Source: Armatimonadota bacterium (GTDB taxonomy: Bacteria > Armatimonadota > Zipacnadia > Zipacnadales > UBA5352). From it: DNA of 10,577 nucleotides. Location of the stretch: positions 1 to 10,577 of the forward strand of contig JAYENL010000112.1 in the NCBI GenBank assembly GCA_034722055.1. Direction: 5' to 3'. Below the pieces are notes generated by a model that did no database searches, was not told the DNA's origin, and saw only the letters and a program-made list of their open reading frames with translations. Below are positions 1 to 6,484 of this stretch, in pieces. The translations under genes were made by a program, and so were the position numbers. The first letter of the stretch is position 1. Every line of letters begins with the position of its first letter.

Positions 1-270
1 CCTGCCCGCCACTCCTGAACGGCTGCGCGACGGCGCGGCTCTCGTCCCGTGGTGCGGACCCCCTCGTCCGCACCGGGCGGGCAGGGAAGCCCGCCCCTCC
101 TGAACGGTAGCCGGCTGCGTCGCGGGCCGTTGCCCGTCACCGGTGCTCCATCCGCCAACCGCACGCGAGTGCACTCGCATCCCCTAACGGCCGCACAACG
201 ACCCGCTGGCGCGGACGTCCGTGCTACGCGGCCCCGCGCCTGCTTCGAGGCAGCGGCCCGAACCGGGCGC
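1..270. repeat. Cluster of GC-rich palindromes/hairpins with a 19-nt direct repeat (REP-like extragenic repeat region), truncated by the left edge
   Basis: Direct repeat GCCCGCC(A/C)CTCCTGAACGG at 4-22 and 89-107. Stems: GGTGCGGAC(51-59)/GTCCGCACC(66-74) and GGGCGGGC(75-82)/GCCCGCCC(89-96). Perfect 14-bp palindrome GCGAGTGCACTCGC at 165-178. GTAG-led imperfect palindrome on the minus strand at about 209-227. No credible CDS here. Confidence 0.6.
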
Positions 271-591
271 CTAATCGCCCTCCACGTCCATGCCCAGCTC
301 CTCGGCCATCTCGTCCACCTCTTCAGCACCGTCGGCCAGCAGCTCGTCCTCGTCGTCGAGCAGGATGCTCAGCAGGCGCTGGAACTCGCCCACGTGCTCG
401 CGCTCCTCGTCGGCGATGTCCCGCAGCACCGTCGCGGCCAGCTCGTTGTCCGTGGCGTCCGCGTGCGCCTGGTAGAGGTGGATAGCCTCGTGCTCCGCCG
501 CGATGTTGAGTCGGATGGCACGGATGAGCTCGTTGAAGGTCAGCTTCCGATCAGGCACCATCCCGCTGAATGGATTCAGGAACTCCGGCAT
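271..591 (-). CDS. Small ferritin-like/rubrerythrin-superfamily protein (related to encapsulin-associated Flp proteins), 106 aa
   Basis: MPEFLNPFSG...KLTFNELIRAIRLNIAAEHEAIHLYQAHA...VLRDIADEEREHVGEF contains di-iron carboxylate motifs (ExEA..LY and DEExxH). Start moved from 645 to ATG 591 because a GGAGGG Shine-Dalgarno lies 9 nt upstream and the 18 extra residues look non-conserved. Confidence 0.85.
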   Translation of the reverse strand: MPEFLNPFSGMVPDRKLTFNELIRAIRLNIAAEHEAIHLYQAHADATDNELAATVLRDIADEEREHVGEFQRLLSILLDDEDELLADGAEEVDEMAEELGMDVEGD

Positions 592-600
592 GGTCAGATT

Positions 601-606
601 CCCTCC
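601..606 (-). promoter_or_regulatory. Shine-Dalgarno site (GGAGGG) of the ferritin-like gene
   Basis: Minus strand reads GCAGGAGGGAATCTGACC-ATG. Confidence 0.75.
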
Positions 607-705
607 TGCACTGTGTGGCGCTGGTTTGGGCCCCGCCGGGGCCAATGCTCCGGGACAGGGACTTCGCTGCCGGGCAGAATTCTCCTCGTCGATCCCGCCA
701 ATAGC

Positions 706-1875
706 TCATACGCAGCCGCCCAGAACGTGCTCGTAGACCTCCGCCACCTCTCGGGCGACCCGCCGCACATCGAAGTGCGCCAGCGCCCGCCTGTGGCCGG
801 CCTGGCCCATAGCCTCCGCCCGCGCGGGATCCTCCAGCAGCGCCACGATGGCCTCGGCCAGAGGCTCGTGCTCGCCCGGCGGCACCAGCAGCCCCGTCTC
901 GCCCTCCACCACGATCTCCGGCACTCCCCCGGAGGCCGTGGCCACCACCGGCAGCGCCGCCGCCATGCCCTCGATCACCACGCGCCCGAAGGGCTCCCCG
1001 ATGGACGGCAGCACCAGCAGGTCCGACAGCCGCAACAGGTCCGGCACGTCCTCACGGAATCCTGCCCAGCGCACGCTGCCGCCGACGCCCAACTCCTGTG
1101 CCAGCGCGTGCAGCTCATCCTGGTAGCTGTCCTCCCAGAAGGCCACCTCGCCGACTATCAGCAGGCGCCCACCGGGCACGCGCTCAGCCACCTGCGGCCA
1201 CGCGCGCAGCAGGACCTGGTGGCCCTTCCAGGGCGTCAGCCGCCCCACCACGGTCACGACCGGCCCTGCGCCCAAGCCCAGCTCCTCGCGCAGCCCCTCG
1301 GGTGGCGGCCCGGGCGCGAAGCGCTCCAGCGGAATGCCGTTGGGCACCACGTGGACGCGGCATGGCAGGCCCTCGAACTGCCCGGCGACCGCCTCCGAGA
1401 TGGCGATGACCTCCGGCCGCACGCGGCGCACACCCCGCTCCAGCCACCGCCGAGCTCCCTTCTCGGTCAGCAAATCGCGCATGTGCCACACCACCGGCAG
1501 GCCCCGCAGTCGCGCCGCCATCCCCCCCAGCAGGTGCATCTTCGTGGAGTTGGTGTGCACGATGTCGGGCCGCTCGCGTCCCAGCGCCCTGAAGAGCCGC
1601 CCCACGGGCCGAATGGCACCGGCCAGCCTGCGGATGGAGCTGATCGGTCCGGCGTCGAGCTCGTCCCGCTTGGCATCGTAAAGGTCGCTTTGCGGGACCG
1701 CCGCCACCAGCCGTGCCCCTGACGCGCGGGCCTCGTCCAGCCACTGCGCGTCGGGCACGTGCATGATCAGCGGGTCGAACCGCTCCCGGTCCAGGTGCGT
1801 GACAAGCTCCACGAGGCTCCTCTCCGCACCGCCGACCTGGGCGGCGTGATCCACGTATGCCACCGTCAGGCTCAT
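706..1875 (-). CDS. Glycosyltransferase family 4 (GT-B fold, retaining), 389 aa
   Basis: N-terminal GGAERS loop, PDIVHTNS, VWHMRD, VPNGI, VGRLTPWKG, EX7E motif EPFGRVVIEGMA and GGVPEIV...GLLV. Its ATG overlaps the upstream gene's TGA (ATGA at 1875-1872). Confidence 0.93.
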   Translation of the reverse strand: MSLTVAYVDHAAQVGGAERSLVELVTHLDRERFDPLIMHVPDAQWLDEARASGARLVAAVPQSDLYDAKRDELDAGPISSIRRLAGAIRPVGRLFRALGRERPDIVHTNSTKMHLLGGMAARLRGLPVVWHMRDLLTEKGARRWLERGVRRVRPEVIAISEAVAGQFEGLPCRVHVVPNGIPLERFAPGPPPEGLREELGLGAGPVVTVVGRLTPWKGHQVLLRAWPQVAERVPGGRLLIVGEVAFWEDSYQDELHALAQELGVGGSVRWAGFREDVPDLLRLSDLLVLPSIGEPFGRVVIEGMAAALPVVATASGGVPEIVVEGETGLLVPPGEHEPLAEAIVALLEDPARAEAMGQAGHRRALAHFDVRRVAREVAEVYEHVLGGCV

Positions 1876-3032
1876 CGGCCCGCCCCGCTCTCGATCCGTG
1901 ACAGCTCCGCCAGGAAGCGCTGCGCCACCCGCCGCCAGGTGAAATCGCGGCGGACTCGCTCCCGCCCGGCCTCGCCCATGCGCCGGGCGGTCTCAGGCTC
2001 GGAAAGCAGCCTCACCAGCGCCGCGCTCAGGGCCTGCTCATCCCGCGGCTCCACCAGCAGCCCCGTCTCGCCATCAGCGATGGCGTCGGGTATGCCGCCA
2101 AAGCGCGTGCCCACGCAGGGCGTGCCCGCCGCCGCGGCGTCCAGGAACGCCAGACCCAGGCCCTCAGCCAGCTTCCCCGGGACGGGGTGGCTGGGCATCA
2201 CGAACACATCCGCGGCGCAATGCACCGCCGAGAGCATCGCCTCCTCCACGTGCCCGAGGAGGATGACGCTGTCGGCCACGCCAAGCTGCTGCGCCAGCTC
2301 CGCCAGCCGCTCCCGCCTGGGACCCTCCCCGGCGATGACGTACACGGCCTCCGATACCTGGGCGAGCACTCCCGGCAGCGCCCGCAGCACAGTCTCGTGT
2401 CCCTTGCGCTCCACCAGTCGCGCCACGGTGAGCAGCATCGGCCTGTCCCCGACTCCAAGCTCCTCGCGCACGGCCGCAACCTGCTCGGCGGAGGACTCGA
2501 ATCGCTCCGGGCGCACTCCGCCGTAGATGATGCCGATTCGCTCCCGGGGCGCCCTGGCCTGCCGGAAGAGCTGGGCCGTATACTCGCTGTTTGCGAGAAA
2601 CAGGTCCATGCGGCGCAGCACCACACGCTGCGCCAGCCACTTGATGACGTTGCCGCCCGCGTGGCAGAACTCTCCGCCGTGGCCGATGAGCACCATGGGA
2701 CAGCGCAGCGCCCGCCACGCCAGGATGGCGGCCGGGCCGTCCGGCGACCACTTCGTCGCCACCAGGCACCGTGGCGGCCCCTGCACCATTTCCCTGGCCC
2801 GCTGCACGCCGGCGGCCAGGTTCATGGCCGCCATGACGTAGCTGCCCCGGGTGGGCACCCGCACCACGGGATACGGCAGCTCGCCGTCCACACCTCCGCT
2901 CCCCTCCTGCCGGCTGGCGACCACCGCCACGTCCTCGCCGAGCTCGGCAGTGGCGCGAGCCAACTCGCAGGCGAAGGTCTGGATCCCTCCTACATCGGGT
3001 GGGAAGTCATCGGCGATGAAGAGTATGCTCAT
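1872..3032 (-). CDS. Glycosyltransferase family 4, PimB'-like subgroup, 386 aa
   Basis: N-terminal DDFPPDVGGIQ resembles the NDFPPxxGGIQ of PimB'-type GT4s. Also VARLVERKG, DVFVMPS, EGLGLAFLDAAA and GGIPDAI..GETGLLV. ATG 3032 is preceded by GGAGG and is preferred over the ORF-track start at 3071. Confidence 0.9.
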   Translation of the reverse strand: MSILFIADDFPPDVGGIQTFACELARATAELGEDVAVVASRQEGSGGVDGELPYPVVRVPTRGSYVMAAMNLAAGVQRAREMVQGPPRCLVATKWSPDGPAAILAWRALRCPMVLIGHGGEFCHAGGNVIKWLAQRVVLRRMDLFLANSEYTAQLFRQARAPRERIGIIYGGVRPERFESSAEQVAAVREELGVGDRPMLLTVARLVERKGHETVLRALPGVLAQVSEAVYVIAGEGPRRERLAELAQQLGVADSVILLGHVEEAMLSAVHCAADVFVMPSHPVPGKLAEGLGLAFLDAAAAGTPCVGTRFGGIPDAIADGETGLLVEPRDEQALSAALVRLLSEPETARRMGEAGRERVRRDFTWRRVAQRFLAELSRIESGAGR

Positions 3033-3153
3033 AAGGCCTCCGCCGCGGGCCCGGCCCGCGTGTGGCGGCACCGGGTGGAAGGTCCGTCAGCCGGCGGTGG
3101 GGAACCTTCGTCCATATCGCGCCCGATGCCACCCTGATACCGAGGGGAGTAGT
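3033..3153. promoter_or_regulatory. Divergent intergenic region between the GT4 pair (-) and prs (+), presumed to hold promoters
   Basis: 121 bp between head-to-head genes, with an RBS-like motif at each end (GGAGG on minus; GAGGGGAG before ATG 3154). No clear -35/-10 consensus recognised. Confidence 0.45.
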
Positions 3154-4107
3154 ATGGGCTCCAATCTCGATGATGAGTTGAAGCTGTTCTGTGGGAGCTC
3201 GCACCGCCAGCTCGCGCAGCGCATCTGCGATTACCTGGAGATCCCGCTGGGACGAGCCAGGATCAGGCGGTTCGCCAACGACAACCTCTTCCTTCAGATC
3301 GAGGAGAACGTTCGCGAGAAGGACGTCTTCGTCCTCCAAACCGCAGCGCCGCCGGTGAACGAGCATCTCATGGAGCTGTGCATCATGCTCGACGCCCTCA
3401 AGCACGCCTCGGCGCGGCGCATCACGGCAGTGATCCCCTACTACTTCTACGTCCGCTCCGACAAGAAGGACATGCCCCGCATCTCAGTGACCGCCCGGCT
3501 GGTGGCGGACCTGCTCAACACCTCCGGCGCCGACCGCGTCCTGACCATGACCCTGCACTCCGAGCAGATCCAGGGCTTCTTCAAGACTCCCGCCGATCAG
3601 CTCTCCGCGATACCTTTGATCTGCGACTACTTCAACGGCTGGGATCTCTCGGACTTCGTGGTGGTCGCTCCCGATGCCGGCAGCGCCAGGCGCGCCGGCG
3701 CCTACGCCCAGCGCCTGGGGCTTCCCATGGCCGTCGGCGACAAGCGCCGCGGCTCCGACGAGACCGTGACGGTCCAGAGCATAGTGGGCGACGTGCGCGG
3801 CAAGAGGGCCCTCATCTTCGACGATGAGATCGCCACCGGTGGCTCCATGCTGCGCCTGGCTCGCTTCCTCCACGAGCAGCACGGGGTGGAAGAGGTCTAC
3901 GCCGGAGCCGCCCACGGCGTTCTGGTGGGCGATGCCCTCGAGCGCCTCTCCCAGCCGCTCTTCCGGCACATCGTCGTCACCGACTCCCTGCCACTGCCCG
4001 AGGGCGCTGCCACGGCGAACATCTCGCAGGTCTCGGTGGCCGAGCTGTTCGGCAGGGCCATCCACGCCATCCACACCGGGGAGTCCGTCAGCGCCCTCTT
4101 CCGGTAG
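3154..4107 (+). CDS. prs: Ribose-phosphate pyrophosphokinase (PRPP synthetase), divergent subtype, 317 aa
   Basis: LKLFCGSSHRQLA, ENVREKDVF, LMELCIMLDALKHASARRITAVIPY, LHSEQIQGFF, VVAPDAG, DKRR, VGDVRGK, PRPP-binding loop DDEIATGGS and C-terminal IHTGESVSALF. ATG 3154 follows GAGGGGAG; the ORF-track extension to 2851 overlaps the opposite-strand GT4. Confidence 0.93.
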   Translation: MGSNLDDELKLFCGSSHRQLAQRICDYLEIPLGRARIRRFANDNLFLQIEENVREKDVFVLQTAAPPVNEHLMELCIMLDALKHASARRITAVIPYYFYVRSDKKDMPRISVTARLVADLLNTSGADRVLTMTLHSEQIQGFFKTPADQLSAIPLICDYFNGWDLSDFVVVAPDAGSARRAGAYAQRLGLPMAVGDKRRGSDETVTVQSIVGDVRGKRALIFDDEIATGGSMLRLARFLHEQHGVEEVYAGAAHGVLVGDALERLSQPLFRHIVVTDSLPLPEGAATANISQVSVAELFGRAIHAIHTGESVSALFR

Positions 4108-4116
4108 GCGAGCGCC

Positions 4117-5424
4117 ATGAAGACCCTCTCTTGGTCCCGCCTGCGCCGACCGGCGATCATCGCCGCCGCCATGCTCATCAGCGGCTGGAACGCCGGCGTC
4201 GTCTCATCCCACGCCCTGGCTGTCGAATCTGCCGGAGCCTGGCGGGACGACTGCGACATCGTCATGCTCCGCAAGGGCCTCGACCGCACCCCCCGGCTGC
4301 GGGACACGCTGCAGTGGTTCACCGGGGAGTGGATCGGCTGCAATCCCTTCTGGCGCCCCCTCTCGAGCTACGGCTTCTGGCTGATGAATCGGATCCTGGG
4401 CTGGGGGAACTTCCGGGCCTGGACCCTGGTGCCGGCGGCCTTTCACGTGCTGGTGGCCGTGTTGCTCTTTCTGCTGGTGGAGGGGCTGACGGGACGTCCT
4501 CTCGCAGGCCTGGCCGCAGTGGCGCTGAACAACATCGGCAGTCCCGGCAGGCTCGGGGATATCTACACCTCGGCGGGCCTGCGCGTAGTGGGCAAGTGGA
4601 TCTACTTCCCGGACGTGTGGCTGGCCGCCTGCGTTCTTCCGGCGCTGCTGCTGGCGTGGCGGGGGCGCATCTGGTGGGCGCTGGTCCTGGCCGTGGCCGC
4701 CGCCATGGTCAAGGAGACCGGATTCATGGCCTTCCCCCTCGTGGGCGGAATCTACTGGTGGCGCCAGCGCCGGTGGCATTCGGGCCTGTGGATCCTGGTG
4801 GCGGTGGCGGCCGGCTTGGCCGCGCTCAGGCTGGTGGTGGTGGGACCTGGCTGGGTTCTGGGCTCGAACCGGTGGGTGTGGCTGCGCATCTGGCGATTCG
4901 TGCAGTGCCGGCCGCTGAACGTCATTACCACCGGAATGGCGCCGTGGGGCCTTCTGGGCATCGGCCTGGGCGCCGCGGCAATCACGCGCCGCGGCCCGCG
5001 GGTGCGAGCCGCTATGGTCATCGGAGGGCTCGTCCTGGCCGCCGGGGCATTCGCCATCATGAAGACCGCACAGGGAACTCGCCTGGGACCGGCCGCAGGC
5101 ATCGCGGGGCTGCTGGAGCCCACACGAGTCTTCGTTGTCCTGGGCGTAGCGGTGTGGCTGGTGATGGCCTGGGCGGGGCTGCGGGGGCGCTATCACGAGG
5201 CCATGCTCATCTTGGCGATCGCATACCTTGCCATGGGCATACCACCCACAATCGCCCCCCAGAGCGGCCAGCGTTCCCTGTACACCCCGTGGCTGCTGTC
5301 GGCCGCCATCAGCGCCATCTGCCTGTGGTCGCTGCCGGCCGCCTTCCGCCGCTCCGCCAGCCCACGGTGCGCGGGAGCGGACAGTGACGCTCCTCCCGCA
5401 ACCCACAGCATAACTCGCGGTTAG
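4117..5424 (+). CDS. Polytopic membrane protein, probable GT-C superfamily glycosyltransferase (PMT/ArnT/TMTC-like), 435 aa
   Basis: About 10 or more hydrophobic segments. A DD pair follows the first hydrophobic segment (WRDDC), then FWRPLS, AFH and a KET motif after a helix, a pattern typical of GT-C-like proteins. Trp-rich; starts 9 bp after the prs stop. The CDS is well supported; the function is inferred. Confidence 0.7.
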   Translation: MKTLSWSRLRRPAIIAAAMLISGWNAGVVSSHALAVESAGAWRDDCDIVMLRKGLDRTPRLRDTLQWFTGEWIGCNPFWRPLSSYGFWLMNRILGWGNFRAWTLVPAAFHVLVAVLLFLLVEGLTGRPLAGLAAVALNNIGSPGRLGDIYTSAGLRVVGKWIYFPDVWLAACVLPALLLAWRGRIWWALVLAVAAAMVKETGFMAFPLVGGIYWWRQRRWHSGLWILVAVAAGLAALRLVVVGPGWVLGSNRWVWLRIWRFVQCRPLNVITTGMAPWGLLGIGLGAAAITRRGPRVRAAMVIGGLVLAAGAFAIMKTAQGTRLGPAAGIAGLLEPTRVFVVLGVAVWLVMAWAGLRGRYHEAMLILAIAYLAMGIPPTIAPQSGQRSLYTPWLLSAAISAICLWSLPAAFRRSASPRCAGADSDAPPATHSITRG

Positions 5425-5489
5425 CCGGCTGGCAGTGCGGGTAAGCTACTTCACATAGAGCTCAATAAACAATGAAGGGTTGATGGACA

Positions 5490-6410
5490 ATGGTCTTTGG
5501 CAGAGTGAAGACGTCCGTCGTAGTGGTGCTCGCGCTGCTGGCTGTGGGTGCATTCATTCTGGCGGGATGCGGCGGGGGGGATGAGGGACCGGCCGGCCGC
5601 TCCGGGACGGTGCAGGTCCTGCTCACCGATGTGCCCCTCTCAGACGTGACTGAGGTGCACGTGCACATCGTCCGGATCGAGCTGGTAAGCGAGGGAGAGG
5701 GGCCGGTGGTGTTGCTGACCGACGATGACCTCCCGGACGACATCGAGCTCATCGCCCTCTCTCAGCAGCCGATGCCGCTGGGGGAGCCGCTGGTGGAGCC
5801 GGGCAGCTACAACCAGGTGCGGCTGATTCTCTCCGACGAGGTGGGTGCGAACTGGATCCTCGATGGTGAGGGCGTACGCCATGACCTGACAGTCCCCAGC
5901 GGGGCCCAGACGGGCGCCAAGCTGGTGACGGGCCAGTTCGAGGTTGTGGCCGAGCAGATGGTGACGCTGCTGATCGACTTCAATGCGGCCGCGTCCGTCC
6001 ACCAGGCCGGCGCCAGCGGCCAGTGGATCATGCGGCCCACCATCTCCGCGGCGGTCGTCTCGGCCGACGAGCTGGACTTTGCCGCCATCAGCGGCACGGT
6101 CCTGGACGAGGAGGGCAATCCGCTTGAGGTGCCCGAGGGCGAGCTGCTGGGCGTCTTCATCGAGACACCCCTGGGCGCTCTCGAGGTGGCTGAGGTCGAT
6201 CCGGAAAGCGGCGAGTTCCAGATCCCGGCCATCCTCGCCGGAGCCTACGACCTCAAGATCATGTACGCCGACGCGGACTGGAATCCGGTGGGCGACCCGC
6301 TGCAGTTCCATCTGGAGGGCGAGGCTGATCTCCTGACGGCCCTCGCCATCTCGCTGGAGGCAGATGAGGTGCTGGAGCTGAGCCTCGTGGTCGCGACGTC
6401 TGTGGAGTAG
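5490..6410 (+). CDS. Lipoprotein with DUF4382-like domain and a C-terminal beta-sandwich (carboxypeptidase-regulatory-like) domain, 306 aa
   Basis: Signal peptide II with lipobox LAGC (Cys27, 5568-5570). DUF4382-like motifs VLLTDVP, PGSYNQVRL, LTVPSGAQTGAKL, LLIDFNAAASV and IMRPTI. Then ISGTVLD...GEFQI..ILAGAYDL. Confidence 0.82.
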   Translation: MVFGRVKTSVVVVLALLAVGAFILAGCGGGDEGPAGRSGTVQVLLTDVPLSDVTEVHVHIVRIELVSEGEGPVVLLTDDDLPDDIELIALSQQPMPLGEPLVEPGSYNQVRLILSDEVGANWILDGEGVRHDLTVPSGAQTGAKLVTGQFEVVAEQMVTLLIDFNAAASVHQAGASGQWIMRPTISAAVVSADELDFAAISGTVLDEEGNPLEVPEGELLGVFIETPLGALEVAEVDPESGEFQIPAILAGAYDLKIMYADADWNPVGDPLQFHLEGEADLLTALAISLEADEVLELSLVVATSVE

Positions 6411-6432
6411 GCCTCCTCCTGCGCATCCACGC

Positions 6433-6467
6433 ACACGGCCGCCACGCCTCGTGGCGGCCGTGTTTTC
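6433..6467 (+). terminator. Intrinsic terminator between convergent genes
   Basis: Perfect 14-bp stem ACACGGCCGCCACG(6433-6446)/CGTGGCGGCCGTGT(6450-6463) with a 3-nt loop, ending in GTGTTTTC. It lies 22 nt after the lipoprotein stop and may also serve the converging GH57 gene. Confidence 0.85.
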
Positions 6468-6484
6468 GTCTGCGAAGCGACCGC

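Noticed and set aside
1..107. CRISPR array interpretation of the 19-nt direct repeat
   Set aside because: Only two copies are visible, the repeat is short, the 66-nt spacer is itself palindromic, and there are no cas genes in the window.
629..643. Hairpin GGCCCC-gcc-GGGGCC as a terminator between the GT4 and ferritin-like genes
   Set aside because: Only 6 bp and no U-tract on the minus strand, so not supportable.
592..645. N-terminal extension of the ferritin-like ORF to 645
   Set aside because: A strong RBS precedes ATG 591 and the extension is low-complexity.
49..1722. 557-aa plus-strand ORF
   Set aside because: Antisense shadow of the GT4 and ferritin-like genes, rich in Arg/His/Gln/Pro with no family motifs. 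Long stop-free antisense frames are expected at this GC content.
2851..3153. 101-aa N-terminal extension of Prs
   Set aside because: Overlaps the opposite-strand GT4; Prs similarity and the RBS begin at ATG 3154.
4131..5406. Alternative 418-aa (+) and 400-aa (-) ORFs over the membrane protein
   Set aside because: Arg/Gly/Pro/Gln-rich off-frame products. The 4117 frame has GC-rich third positions and a coherent transmembrane pattern.
5574..5580. G7 run just after the lipobox as a phase-variation tract
   Set aside because: Short, encodes an ordinary Gly linker, the frame is intact, and it is unremarkable in high-GC DNA.
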